NCBI GenBank assembly: GCA_002068325.1
Contig: MVZH01000001.1
Span: 1-60,335, forward strand
Length of the DNA: 60,335 nucleotides
Direction: 5' to 3'
From: Lentisphaerae bacterium ADurb.BinA184
GTDB taxonomy: Bacteria > Verrucomicrobiota > Lentisphaeria > Oligosphaerales > MVZH01
This document shows positions 1 through 9,337 of the stretch, one piece after another. Made by a program: the position numbers and the translations under genes. The notes below the pieces were generated by a model that saw nothing but the letters and a program-made list of their open reading frames with translations, was not told the origin of the DNA and did not search any database. Numbering within the stretch: position 1 is the stretch's first letter; every line of letters starts with the position of its first letter.

Positions 1-1688
1 TTCACGAACTGGCCGGCCCCCTCAAGCCTCTTCGTGCCGTCGGCAATCAGGGTGACCGGCGCGGCCAGCAGCTCACGGCCCAGCGAGACACAGCTGGCCG
101 GCAGGCCCAGGCCGCCGACGGTCATCTGCCGCCCGACCACCCGCACGGCCGACCCCTGCACCGTCACCGGCTCAAACGGCGGCAGCACCGCGTCCGTGAT
201 CCCCAACCGGTTGCCCTCGAACGGGAAATGCACGCGCCTGAACTCACGCACGAAGGGGTCTTTCCACCCGTCGAGCGTCACCACCACCCGGTACTCGCCG
301 TCGGCAAGGTCGCCGACTGCGAACTCGCGGACAAACGGCGGCGTGTCCAGGGTGATCGCCTCCTCAAGCACCTTGTCCTCGCCGGGGCCGAGAACCCGCA
401 CGGCGCCCGTCTTCACACCCGCCTCGGCCTCCTTGCCCAGCTCGCGGACGTCAATCTGCGCCCGCACAAACTGGTACGACGGGTAGTAGGCCATGCGCAC
501 CGCGGCGTCGGGATCGGGCCCGACGCGGTAGTGCCACTTCCTCTCCGGCGCCTTGGTCCACGGCATGGCGTAGCGCAGGTAGGCCTCCTGGCCGGTCTCG
601 TCGCTCACCGTCAGCGTCAGCCGATGCTGGGCGTTTTCGTGGAGGAATCCGGTGACGTCGAAGGCATAGGGCGTGCGGCCCCCGGCCGGCAGGTCGAGGA
701 GACGCTCGTCGCGGCGCTCGGGCATGTCGGAGGACGTGGTCAGGGCGGACACCTTCACCTTGCGGGCCGGCCCGGGGTTGAACACCGTGGCCCTGAGCTC
801 GAGGTCGCCCGCGAAAACCTTGTCGCCGAGTGCCGTGATCTGCACGGACGGGGCGTCGGCCGTGAGGCGGAGGGCGGCGTAGCGGTACCAGTCCACGAAC
901 GCGCCGCAGGTGGTGAACATGGTGGCCTGCGACCAAGGCGCCTTGTAGTTGCGGGCGACCAGGATTCCGAGCTCGCGCCCGAGCACCTCGCCCGGTTTCC
1001 AGCCGATGTCCGCGAACGGCAGGCGGATCTCGGCCGTCCACGTGTTCGTCTGCCGGTCAACGGCATTGGCGAATCCCCAGTTGCCGTTCCAGCCGGTGTT
1101 GGGGCCCGTCTTGGGATGGAAGGCGACGTCGTAGACGGTGGCCTTCACATTCCCGATCATCTGGTAGAAGGTCAGGTCGCCGGTCTGGCTCTCGCGGTTG
1201 GCGCGGTTGGGATCGAGCCAGAGTTCGAGGCATTCGTCGAAGATCACGTCCGAGTCGCGGTTGGTGTGGTCGGCATGATCCTTCCCGTCGGGTGGGAACT
1301 CGCTGACCATGGCGATGTAGAGGGCGTCGGGCGTGAAGCCGACCCAGGTTGTTCCCAGCCGCGCCTCGATGTAACCCGGCGGGGCGAGCACCTGGAACCC
1401 GGTCAGGGCCACGGCCCGATCCCACTCGCCGGCCTCGAGTTTCCCATCAAGCACCGGCGGCCGCGCGAACGGTGAGACGCTGGCCGCGCCGTAGACGGTG
1501 GGGTCGGCGGCGCGCGCCAGCCCCGCCAGCAGGATCAGCGCCAGCGCGCAGACCGCGGCGTCCCTGCGCCGTCTGCGCACCCGCGTCGCCGTCGCCGCGG
1601 CCGTCGGGCGGCGTCTCGCCGTGGCGGCCCGCGGCCCCTCGCCCCTGACGTTCTCCCCCGCGCAAGATCGGTTGAGTGACGCTCTCAT
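1..1688 (-). CDS. secreted CBM9-like (carbohydrate-binding family 9 type) domain protein; C-terminal part lies outside the window
   Basis: The minus-strand frame is open from the window edge up to ATG 1688 (alternative GTG 1580). It is absent from the ORF track only because no stop lies in the window. My translation gives ...RRRRRDAAVCALALILLAGLARAADP (signal peptide), then TVYGAASVSPFARPPVLDGKLEAGEWDRAVALTGFQVL..., the usual opening of CBM9-like modules. Track ORF 228..1475(+) is its GC shadow. Confidence 0.7.
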   Translation of the reverse strand, partial: MRASLNRSCAGENVRGEGPRAATARRRPTAAATATRVRRRRRDAAVCALALILLAGLARAADPTVYGAASVSPFARPPVLDGKLEAGEWDRAVALTGFQVLAPPGYIEARLGTTWVGFTPDALYIAMVSEFPPDGKDHADHTNRDSDVIFDECLELWLDPNRANRESQTGDLTFYQMIGNVKATVYDVAFHPKTGPNTGWNGNWGFANAVDRQTNTWTAEIRLPFADIGWKPGEVLGRELGILVARNYKAPWSQATMFTTCGAFVDWYRYAALRLTADAPSVQITALGDKVFAGDLELRATVFNPGPARKVKVSALTTSSDMPERRDERLLDLPAGGRTPYAFDVTGFLHENAQHRLTLTVSDETGQEAYLRYAMPWTKAPERKWHYRVGPDPDAAVRMAYYPSYQFVRAQIDVRELGKEAEAGVKTGAVRVLGPGEDKVLEEAITLDTPPFVREFAVGDLADGEYRVVVTLDGWKDPFVREFRRVHFPFEGNRLGITDAVLPPFEPVTVQGSAVRVVGRQMTVGGLGLPASCVSLGRELLAAPVTLIADGTKRLEGAGQFV

Positions 1689-1767
1689 GCCAGGTGCTCC
1701 CTTCCGACTGTGACTGACGGGACGGGTGGACATGTTTCCCGGCTCGTGCAGGTGCAACAGCCTCACT

Positions 1768-1773
1768 ACTATA
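1768..1773 (-). promoter_or_regulatory. -10-like box TATAGT upstream of the CBM9-like gene
   Basis: The plus strand reads ACTATA at 1768-1773, which is TATAGT on the minus strand, 80 nt upstream of ATG 1688. It is an isolated AT hexamer in very GC-rich DNA. Confidence 0.25.
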
Positions 1774-1901
1774 CCGGACGAGTCGAGGGAAGACAAGGCC
1801 GGCGGGGGCGCGCGTTCCGTAGCCGGGCAGTTCCTCGGGACCTCTGCAAGGGGGCCGCGAAACGGTCCGGACGCAGGCGCCGGATCCCATTCCAGTGCGA
1901 T

Positions 1902-2156
1902 CCTAATTTGTTCACCACCGAGGACACAGAGTTCACAGAGGGCTTTGCGCTTGCGTCGGCGCGGACACCCGTCAACGCAAGTGCAAAGCCTGTTCTCTCT
2001 CTTGTGGTCTCTGTGCTCTCTGTGGTTGACGGCAACAACGGTCGCCCCTCATCGTACCGGAAGAAGTCAGGCCATGACAAACGGGCCGCGTCCCAGCCGG
2101 CCTCGCCGGCGGAGCCTGGCAAGGCTTGGCTTGCCGGACGGGATGCGAATCGCTCA
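1902..2156 (+). repeat. dispersed intergenic element, copy 1 (nested long hairpin 1914-2026, inner stem-loop 1941-1990)
   Basis: Aligns with 9338-9585 in the same orientation, including identical blocks of 43 nt and 39 nt. It lies in a divergent intergenic region. Confidence 0.85.
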
Positions 2157-2165
2157 GTGGCGCCT

Positions 2166-2171
2166 TATATT
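2166..2171 (+). promoter_or_regulatory. -10-like box TATATT upstream of the 2312 gene
   Basis: TATATT at 2166-2171, about 140 nt upstream of ATG 2312. No good -35 hexamer at 17-nt spacing. Confidence 0.25.
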
Positions 2172-2311
2172 CTCACCCTGTGGTCCGGCGGACGGCGGAT
2201 CCCCCGCCGCCCGCGCGGGGGCGACGTCCCGGCGGAGACCGCCGGCGCCAGGGAATGGGTCTGGGTCATTCCGAGACGGTTGATGGCCCCACCAAGCTGA
2301 GAAGCCGTACG

Positions 2312-4606
2312 ATGCCCACCGCCACTGTCGCCAGCCTGCACCGCGTCACCAACCCCCGCGGCTGCAACGCCCTCAGCAACCGCTACATCGGGCCGCTGCT
2401 CGGCAATGGCGAGCTGACGCTGTTCCTGGACGAGAACGGCGCCATGCACGACTTCGGGGCGTTCCCGGCCTGGCCGTCGCCGCGCATCTACTGGGCGGGG
2501 CGGCGCCTGCCCCGGCAACAGCGGCCGCTGGTGCCGTTCGGGCTGTTCACCGTGTCGCCGGGATGGGAGTGGCTGGAGAGCATTGCGTGGTCACAGGAGC
2601 TTGACGTGCGCGGCGGCCGGGTGCGGACCGTGCACCGGCGGCGAGGCGACGTCACGGAGATCACCGACACCCTGCTCCAGCTCGACCGCAATCTTCTGGT
2701 CGTGCACAAGTCCTTGCGCGGCATGAAGGTGGGATCATGGATCGAGTTCGGGTACCGCCTCTGTCCGCCGCGCGGGATGGATCTGCCCGAGGGGCTCACC
2801 GTCGGGGACGGCGGGCAGGATGCGACCGGCGCCTGGCTGGACTACCGGCTCGACGGCGTGGTCGCGCATCGTGGCCGGGTGGCGGCGTGGGCTGACCAGG
2901 CGTGCGCCGCCCGCTGGCAGGGCAACCAGCTCCGCCTGCGTGTCACGGTTCCCGCCGGCGACAGCGAGGTGACCTTGTGCCTGGCCCTGGCTGACGACCT
3001 CGGCAACGAGATGTTCTACGACCACACGGGCTGGGCGGGGCGCCACCGCGACCACCCCATGCTGGCGCAGGCGCATGCCGCCCTGCACGGGAAGGCGGTC
3101 CGGCGCGGCGATCCCGAGGCCGCCGTGACCGCGTGGCGGCAGTGGACGGACGAGGCCGGCTGGGCCGGCATCCACGCCACGCAGGAACGGCTCTGGCAGG
3201 CGTACTGGGAGACCGGCTGGATCAACCTGCCGGACGCCCCCGAGGTGCAGGCCGTCTGGGAGACCGGGATGTATGCCATCCGCACGCAGCTGACGCGCTG
3301 GTCGGTGCCGGTCCTGATCCACGGCGACTACTTCAACGGGCAGTACTTCTGGGACGCCATGGCCAGCGTCCGCGCCCTCCTGCACGCCGGGCACTGGCCC
3401 CTGGTCGAGCGCCTGGTCGAGCATTCGCTCAGCGTGGTGCCGCTGGGCATGCAGATCCTCGACGGCACCGGGGTGTGCGACTGCAGGCCGACGTTCGAAG
3501 GCGGGCACTACGAGATGTGGCCGGCGGGCTGTTCGGTCTATGAGGTCCATGCCAGCGACTGTCCGGCGCGGCTGGCTTGGAGTTGGCTGCAGTACAGCGG
3601 CGCTGGGCGCGACCGGCTCGAACGCTACTACCCGCTGTTGTGGGGGCCGGCCGAGTTCTTCCGCCGCTGGATGGTCTACAAGGGACCCGACGGGCGTTGC
3701 TTCACCGGCGCCTGCATTGATGTCAACGAGTCCATCCCCGCCGTCACCAACGGCGCCGCCACGGTCGCCTCGGCGGTGACCAGCCTGACGCTGGCCCGGC
3801 GCGCCGCCGAGGGGCTCGGCCGCGACCCTGACCTGGCCGGGCGCTGGCGCGAGATGGCCGACGGGCTGCGGGCCGCCCCGCGCGTCAACCGGCGCGGGCT
3901 GTTGGCGGCGTATGACGGCGACGAGGGCGTGTCGTTCACGCCGCTCAGCCTGGTGGCCGATCCGCCGTTCAAGTCCGGGGTGCTCGAAGCCGACGACCCG
4001 CGGGTCGCCGCCACCCTAGCCGCCTGGCAGCGTGAATGCAAGCTCGACGAGAACTGGGCGGTCGCCGCCTCGGCGGACCTCGAACTGGCCCGCCAGTCGC
4101 AGGACGTCCGCAACCCCGCCCCCATCGCTTGGACGTGGCCGGCCGCCGAGGCCGCACGCACCTGGGCGCGCGTCGGCAACGGCGAGGCCGCCGCGGCGAT
4201 CGTCACGGAACTGATCCGCTGCGCGAACAACTTCGGATCGCTGTACGAGTGCAAGGTCATGACCGACGGGTACATCTCCTTGCCCTGGTTCGTGACCTCG
4301 GAGGCCGAGCTCTCCGGCGCCATCTCGGCGATGTTGCTGCAGCCGTGCGAGGATCGCATAGATCTGCTGCCGGCCGTGCCGTCGGCCTGGCGCAATCTCT
4401 CCTTCCAGCTCTGGGCGATGAACCGTACCCGCGTGCGTGTGACGGTGCGCGACGGCGCGCTGCGGGAGTTGGCCTTGAGCGGGCCGCACCCCTCTTGGGC
4501 CGTGCGCGTCCCGCGTCGTTTCCAGGCCGGGGCCATCCTGGGTCCGGCCAGGCATCAGGACGAGGATTGGGACGTGTTCGAGGTGGCCGCGTCCGGGGGA
4601 CAGTAG
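2312..4606 (+). CDS. (alpha/alpha)6 six-hairpin glycosidase-like protein (GH65/GH15-clan-like, tentative)
   Basis: Track ORF 2126..4606. The first ATG is at 2312 (MPTATVASLHRV...), and the ORF part upstream of it is an Arg/Pro-rich leader. The segment PVLIHGDYFNGQYFWDAMASVRALLHAGHWPLVERLV resembles the G-x-Y-x-G-x-x-FWD core of GH65-type catalytic domains. Confidence 0.75.
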   Translation: MPTATVASLHRVTNPRGCNALSNRYIGPLLGNGELTLFLDENGAMHDFGAFPAWPSPRIYWAGRRLPRQQRPLVPFGLFTVSPGWEWLESIAWSQELDVRGGRVRTVHRRRGDVTEITDTLLQLDRNLLVVHKSLRGMKVGSWIEFGYRLCPPRGMDLPEGLTVGDGGQDATGAWLDYRLDGVVAHRGRVAAWADQACAARWQGNQLRLRVTVPAGDSEVTLCLALADDLGNEMFYDHTGWAGRHRDHPMLAQAHAALHGKAVRRGDPEAAVTAWRQWTDEAGWAGIHATQERLWQAYWETGWINLPDAPEVQAVWETGMYAIRTQLTRWSVPVLIHGDYFNGQYFWDAMASVRALLHAGHWPLVERLVEHSLSVVPLGMQILDGTGVCDCRPTFEGGHYEMWPAGCSVYEVHASDCPARLAWSWLQYSGAGRDRLERYYPLLWGPAEFFRRWMVYKGPDGRCFTGACIDVNESIPAVTNGAATVASAVTSLTLARRAAEGLGRDPDLAGRWREMADGLRAAPRVNRRGLLAAYDGDEGVSFTPLSLVADPPFKSGVLEADDPRVAATLAAWQRECKLDENWAVAASADLELARQSQDVRNPAPIAWTWPAAEAARTWARVGNGEAAAAIVTELIRCANNFGSLYECKVMTDGYISLPWFVTSEAELSGAISAMLLQPCEDRIDLLPAVPSAWRNLSFQLWAMNRTRVRVTVRDGALRELALSGPHPSWAVRVPRRFQAGAILGPARHQDEDWDVFEVAASGGQ

Positions 4607-4664
4607 GGCCAACCCGCCGGTGCCGCCCGGGGGCCGGGCGAGTCACGGGTCAGAAAAGGGCAGC

Positions 4665-7502
4665 ATGACGATGAAGGCAACAACTGCTGGGATGAGCATG
4701 GCGCTGTGGCTGGGCGTGCTGGCGGCCGGCCTGGGCGGGCGGGTTGCGGCCGCGCCGGTCTTCAAGGAGGACGGCGCCACCGTCGAGGTTGACAGCGAGC
4801 GTTACTGGGTGCGCATCGAGGGGCTCACCATCACCGGCATCCGCAACAAACTGACCGGCGAGACGTATGCGGAGGCCGCCGACCCGTCGGGCGCGGCCAC
4901 GCGGGCCGGCGACGCCGGCGTCGCGATCGAGTCCCTGCGCCCCGGGCTGCCGACGCGCGTCTACGGGATCGGGCCGCGCACCCAGGTGGCCCGCGAGAAG
5001 ACCGCCGACGGCGTCATCCTCTCCTTCAGCGGCCTGCATGCCGGCGAGGTGTTCGACGCGGGGCTAAGCGTGCGGCTGGGAATCCGCGTCGAGGCGGCGA
5101 CCGGGGACTTGTTGCTGGAGCCGGCCGCGCGCGCCGACATCGAGGAGGTGCACGGCTGCCGCGACCGCGGGCTGCTGCACGCCGCCGTCCGCGTCGGCGC
5201 CCTCGATCCCGCCCTGCGGCTGGTGATCCCCGCCAGCGACGGCTTCGCGGTGACACAGGACAACGTGGCCGCCGACTGGACGTACCGCGCCCGCTGGCCG
5301 CAGTTCTGGGAGGCGGCGCTGCTGGTTGCGGAGTCCGCAAAGGGCTCGCTCGGGCTGTGGGCCGACGAGCCGGAGCTGCGCTACGGCCGCACGCTCGGCA
5401 TCGCCCGCGGCCAGGGCTGGAACGCGACGCTGGCCTTCGAGACGTCCGACCGCATCGAGCGCTGCGCCGAGGTCAAGGGCGCGGTCTGGCGCTTCAACGT
5501 CTTCGCCGGCAACTGGTTGCAGCCCGCCGCCCGCTACCGCGAGCAGGCCGCGAAGCAGTGGCCGGATCTGCGCCCGCTCAAGGGCGGGGCGCCGGCCTGG
5601 GCCGACAGGATCCGCATCTTCATCACCGGGCCGACGCCTGACCCGGCCACCGCCGCCCGCTTCGCCGCGCTGGTGCCGCGTGACACCCTCGCGGTGTTCA
5701 CCTGCCAGGAGTGGCTGCGTGGCTGGAACGAGGGTGACATCGCCAAGCTCAACAAGGGCATGGACTACTTCCCGAACTGGCCCCTCGACAACCCCACCCA
5801 CTACGAGGCGCGGCCCGACATGCCGGCCAAGTTCAAGGCCCTCGAAGAGATGGGCATCCACATCTTCCCCTACACCAACCCGACCATCGTGACCTGGCAG
5901 CACCCGTGGATCCAGAAGCTCGGCGACCGCCACATGTTCGCCTACCGCATCTGGCAGCGCCTGCACCCCGAGCTGTGCCGCGACGTGGTCGGGCGCTACG
6001 GCGTCAGCGGCATCTACGAGGACTGCTCGTGGGTGGTCAGCCGCCACTCGCAGGGCGAGCCGGAAGGGTTCAACTGGTACAACGGCTCGGCCGCCATGCG
6101 GCAGTATTTTCGCGAACTGCTCCCCGAGGTGGCGGTGTGCGGCGAGCGCAACAACGAGGTGACTTGGCGCGGGCAGCAGTTCGCGCTGAGCATCACCCAG
6201 TGGCCGCAGCACGCCCACCCGATCGTGACCTACCTGTGCAGCCCCTACCTGCGCATGTGGAACCTGCAGCTGCAGCCGGCCGGCTTCGACGCCGACGACA
6301 TCCGCGGCTGGATCACGCCGTGGCCGTATGCCTTCGAGGAGAACCCCATGCAGGAACGCCGCATCCTGCGCGAACGCGGGATCGTCTTCGCGCGCGAACA
6401 GCTCGAAAGCGTGTGGCCGGAGAAGTGGGATCCCGACGTGTTGCACTACTTCCGCGCCGCCAATGGCGACGAGTACCGGTTCGTACGCGAGCGCGGCACC
6501 CGGTTCGTCAAGATGACCGCGCAGGGTCCCGAGACGGTGTACTGGCGGCTGGGCGGGGTGGCGGAGGCGGCGGTCGGGACGATGGGGATCGAAGGATGGA
6601 TCGGCTACGACGGCGAGCGGGCGGTCGGGCTCAACCCCAAGGCGGTCTACCCGGTGTTTGATGGCGTCAAGCGTGGCCCGGTCACGGTCAGCGGGGTGCC
6701 GGCGGGGTACTACCTGCGGCCGTGCGCGGTGCGCGACGGGTTCTGGATCGCGCAGCTGGTTGGGGAGGACGCCGGGGCGGCGCCGACCGAAGCCGTGCTA
6801 CGGGTGCGGGCCGAAGGCGTGGAGCTGCGCGGCCTATGCAACGCCCGGAGCGTCAAACGCGTCTCGGAACACGAGATCGAGGCGACCGTGGAGCTGCCTG
6901 GGGCGCTGGGCGCGTACTGGGCCGAACCCGTGTTGCTGAATGACACCGACCGGCTCACCACCTACCCGGTCGTCAACGGCGTGCATCGCCGTGACACCGG
7001 GTTGGCCTCGCGTCCGGTCGAGGCGGTGGGCGGGGGTGAGGCCCTCGCGCAGTCATGCGGCAGCGTCGAGAACGGCGAGGAGGGCTCGCTGGCCTGGCTG
7101 GTCACGGTGCCGGAGTTCAACCTGGCGGGCGAGGATCAGATCTTCCTGCAGTTCAGCTACGGTTCGCAGCATCCGTACGGCGACGGCGCCAACTACAGCG
7201 TGCGCGTCAATGGCCGCACGGTCTGGAAACGCTACCGTCCCGAGCAGGGGAAGACCGATCCGAAGAACCCTGCGGCGCCGCAGCCGCTGCCGTTGGACCG
7301 CGGCCAGGCCAGCCTGCGCGAGTATGCCGGGAAAGTGGTCGTGCTCGAGCTGGTGGCCGACGGCAACCGTAGCAGCGTGAGCGAGTCCATCCACTGGCAC
7401 TCACCCCGCCTCTCCACCACCCCGGATCACACCGCCAAGACCGACGACGCCGAGGGCGGCGGTGTGCCCGAGCAACCCGAGGCGCCCCTGCTCGAACCGT
7501 GA
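4665..7502 (+). CDS. large secreted protein, function unknown (possible glycan-active TIM-barrel-like core)
   Basis: ATG 4665 is preceded by AAAAGGG. The N-terminus MTMKATTAGMSMALWLGVLAAGLGGRVAAAP is a signal peptide. It lies 58 nt downstream of the previous gene on the same strand, so a likely operon. Composition is protein-like throughout; I recognise no confident family. Confidence 0.75.
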   Translation: MTMKATTAGMSMALWLGVLAAGLGGRVAAAPVFKEDGATVEVDSERYWVRIEGLTITGIRNKLTGETYAEAADPSGAATRAGDAGVAIESLRPGLPTRVYGIGPRTQVAREKTADGVILSFSGLHAGEVFDAGLSVRLGIRVEAATGDLLLEPAARADIEEVHGCRDRGLLHAAVRVGALDPALRLVIPASDGFAVTQDNVAADWTYRARWPQFWEAALLVAESAKGSLGLWADEPELRYGRTLGIARGQGWNATLAFETSDRIERCAEVKGAVWRFNVFAGNWLQPAARYREQAAKQWPDLRPLKGGAPAWADRIRIFITGPTPDPATAARFAALVPRDTLAVFTCQEWLRGWNEGDIAKLNKGMDYFPNWPLDNPTHYEARPDMPAKFKALEEMGIHIFPYTNPTIVTWQHPWIQKLGDRHMFAYRIWQRLHPELCRDVVGRYGVSGIYEDCSWVVSRHSQGEPEGFNWYNGSAAMRQYFRELLPEVAVCGERNNEVTWRGQQFALSITQWPQHAHPIVTYLCSPYLRMWNLQLQPAGFDADDIRGWITPWPYAFEENPMQERRILRERGIVFAREQLESVWPEKWDPDVLHYFRAANGDEYRFVRERGTRFVKMTAQGPETVYWRLGGVAEAAVGTMGIEGWIGYDGERAVGLNPKAVYPVFDGVKRGPVTVSGVPAGYYLRPCAVRDGFWIAQLVGEDAGAAPTEAVLRVRAEGVELRGLCNARSVKRVSEHEIEATVELPGALGAYWAEPVLLNDTDRLTTYPVVNGVHRRDTGLASRPVEAVGGGEALAQSCGSVENGEEGSLAWLVTVPEFNLAGEDQIFLQFSYGSQHPYGDGANYSVRVNGRTVWKRYRPEQGKTDPKNPAAPQPLPLDRGQASLREYAGKVVVLELVADGNRSSVSESIHWHSPRLSTTPDHTAKTDDAEGGGVPEQPEAPLLEP

Positions 7503-7511
7503 GCCGCGGCG

Positions 7512-8261
7512 TCAGCGCGACGGGCGCCGGCGCAGGGCGAAAAGCCCGCAGACGGCGAGGGTGAGGCCGGTGGCGGGCTCGGGGATGATGAGGATGTTGT
7601 CGACGAAGACGCTGAAACTCGGGGTGCTGTCCGTGCTGACGTAGAGGTCGTTCACGTTGCCGTCATTGTCGAACCCCGCGATCGGTTCGGGATCCCACCA
7701 GGCCTGGCCGGCTCTCCAGACCTCGGCGTCGGCGGTGCCGGCGGCGAAGTCACACTTGATGAGCACGCTGTACCACGTGTCCTTGCGCGCGTCCGGGCTC
7801 AGGAGCCAGGGCGAGGTGCCCCGCATCTCCCAGCGGCTGTAGGCCACTTGCCCGGCGGAGTTGGTGACGGCTTTGTAGACCAAGGTCATCTTCTGGTTGG
7901 CCTCGGGGCCGCGAACGGCAAACGCCGCCTGCATGTCGACGCTCGGGGTGCCAGCAAAATCATAGATGTCCGCGCCCAGCCGGATGTCGAAACTCAGCCA
8001 CTGGTTGGCCCGACCGATGGCGAACGGCTGGTTGTAGTACCCGGTTCCGAACGCCCCGTTGCCGGTCTCCAGGGCATTGCCCTCGACCGCCACCGTGCTT
8101 TGGACGATGGACAGGGGCGTCACCCCATACCAGCCCTGCTGGCCATTGATGTCGCCCAAAGTCATCGTGTCGAAGTCCTGCTCGAAGTGAATCGTCGCGC
8201 GGCCGGTCATGGCGACCAAGCCCGCCACGGCCGCGACGCCGATCATCCACCTCGTCTTCAT
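7512..8261 (-). CDS. PEP-CTERM sorting-domain protein
   Basis: ATG 8261 follows a GGAGAA RBS. Signal peptide MKTRWMIGVAAVAGLVAMTG. The C-terminus IPEPATGLTLAVCGLFALRRRPSR has a PEP motif, a TM helix and an Arg cluster. Confidence 0.85.
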   Translation of the reverse strand: MKTRWMIGVAAVAGLVAMTGRATIHFEQDFDTMTLGDINGQQGWYGVTPLSIVQSTVAVEGNALETGNGAFGTGYYNQPFAIGRANQWLSFDIRLGADIYDFAGTPSVDMQAAFAVRGPEANQKMTLVYKAVTNSAGQVAYSRWEMRGTSPWLLSPDARKDTWYSVLIKCDFAAGTADAEVWRAGQAWWDPEPIAGFDNDGNVNDLYVSTDSTPSFSVFVDNILIIPEPATGLTLAVCGLFALRRRPSR

Positions 8262-8389
8262 GGTCTTTTCTCCTGTCCCACCCAGGACTGGAAACCGCAC
8301 GCGACCAAACGTGCGCGGGACGGTTAGTCAATCCGCGCCGAGTGACGACAAGTACCAGGCGGCGCCTGGCCCCACGGTATCCAAGGCGG

Positions 8390-9238
8390 TCAACCGCGAG
8401 TCCGCCGGGTTGTCCGCCGTCGTTGCATCGCGGCGAAGGCGGCCAGGCCGAGGAGAAGGCCGCCGGTGGCGGGTTCGGGGATGCCCGCGACGGTGATGAG
8501 CGGCAGGCCTTGGGCCTGGATGAGGACGTAGTCAACCTCGAACACGCCCGCGCCGCCGATGCTGTTGGTGACCAGGCCGGCCAGGCCGTAGCGGCCGGAT
8601 TGACTCCACATCAGATCCCAGCCGGTGGGTTCGGGGGTGGCGCCGGCGTCCCAGATGCGGGCTTGAGCCGTATAACCGTCGTAGACCAGGCGCAGCCACT
8701 TCCACTCTCCGACCGTCCAGGAATCGCCGCCTGTCGTGGGGTCGGTGGCCGACCCCCAGACGATGCCATCATTGAGCAGGTTGAAGTGGTTACCGTTGCC
8801 GCCCTGCCCCGGCTCGCGGTGGTGCAGGCAGATGCCGCGGTAACTGTCGCCGGTGACGGTCCCCGCCGTGACGCCGCCGCGGAAGGCGTCGGTGTCGCCC
8901 GACGGGTCGGTGACGACCCTGATCAGCGCGAGCACATTCTGGCTGAGGGCGTCGTAGGTGCCGGACAACAGAAGCTTGTTGGGATCACCGGTGGCGGGGT
9001 TCATCTGCACCGCGCCCGCACCGGTCAGCGAGAACAGCGTGCCGGGAGTGTACGCCGCGCCGGCGCGGATCTCAATCCACGCGGGGTCGAAGGCAGCGCC
9101 GTCGAAGTCGTCCTGGAAGCCATTGACCTGCGAACCGGACTCGCTGAAGTTCGTGAACAGGACCGCCGGCGCCGACAACGGCAGCAGGACACAGGACAGA
9201 CAGGCCATCCACACCCCGAATGAACGCCGGATGCCCAT
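8390..9238 (-). CDS. PEP-CTERM sorting-domain protein with a LamG/concanavalin-like body (tentative)
   Basis: ATG 9238 follows a GGAGGAA RBS. Signal peptide MGIRRSFGVWMACLSCVLLPLSAPA. C-terminus IPEPATGGLLLGLAAFAAMQRRRTTRRTRG. Confidence 0.85.
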   Translation of the reverse strand: MGIRRSFGVWMACLSCVLLPLSAPAVLFTNFSESGSQVNGFQDDFDGAAFDPAWIEIRAGAAYTPGTLFSLTGAGAVQMNPATGDPNKLLLSGTYDALSQNVLALIRVVTDPSGDTDAFRGGVTAGTVTGDSYRGICLHHREPGQGGNGNHFNLLNDGIVWGSATDPTTGGDSWTVGEWKWLRLVYDGYTAQARIWDAGATPEPTGWDLMWSQSGRYGLAGLVTNSIGGAGVFEVDYVLIQAQGLPLITVAGIPEPATGGLLLGLAAFAAMQRRRTTRRTRG

Positions 9239-9294
9239 TCCGATTTCCTCCAGCAGACTGACACGCCGTGGCACAACTGGGCAACGTCAATCAC

Positions 9295-9323
9295 AATGTA
9301 CTGGCGACCCGGCGGGAAAGCAA
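9295..9323 (-). promoter_or_regulatory. sigma70-like promoter candidate for the 9238 PEP-CTERM gene
   Basis: The minus strand reads TTGCTT (9323-9318), a 17-nt spacer, then TACATT (9300-9295), about 57 nt upstream of ATG 9238. Confidence 0.3.
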
Positions 9324-9337
9324 GCGGCGGGCGCCAC

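Noticed and set aside
228-1475. 415-aa plus-strand ORF at the left edge, plus 34..486, 451..1041 and others.
   Set aside because: These are shadows of the minus-strand CBM9-like gene, which has a signal peptide and balanced composition.
1580-1688. Tat signal in the CBM9-like protein (RRRRRD before the hydrophobic core).
   Set aside because: There is no S/T-R-R-x-F-L-K consensus. The Arg run may simply be the n-region of a Sec signal if GTG 1580 is the true start.
2074-2283. Possible small ORF starting inside the dispersed repeat: GGAAGA(A/G)GTCAGGCC-ATG, giving MTNGPRPS.. in copy 1 and MADGPHPS.. at 9510 in copy 2.
   Set aside because: Similarity between the two copies ends after ~8 codons. 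The downstream parts are unrelated, Arg/Pro-rich and of different length. The conservation is explained by the nucleotide repeat itself.
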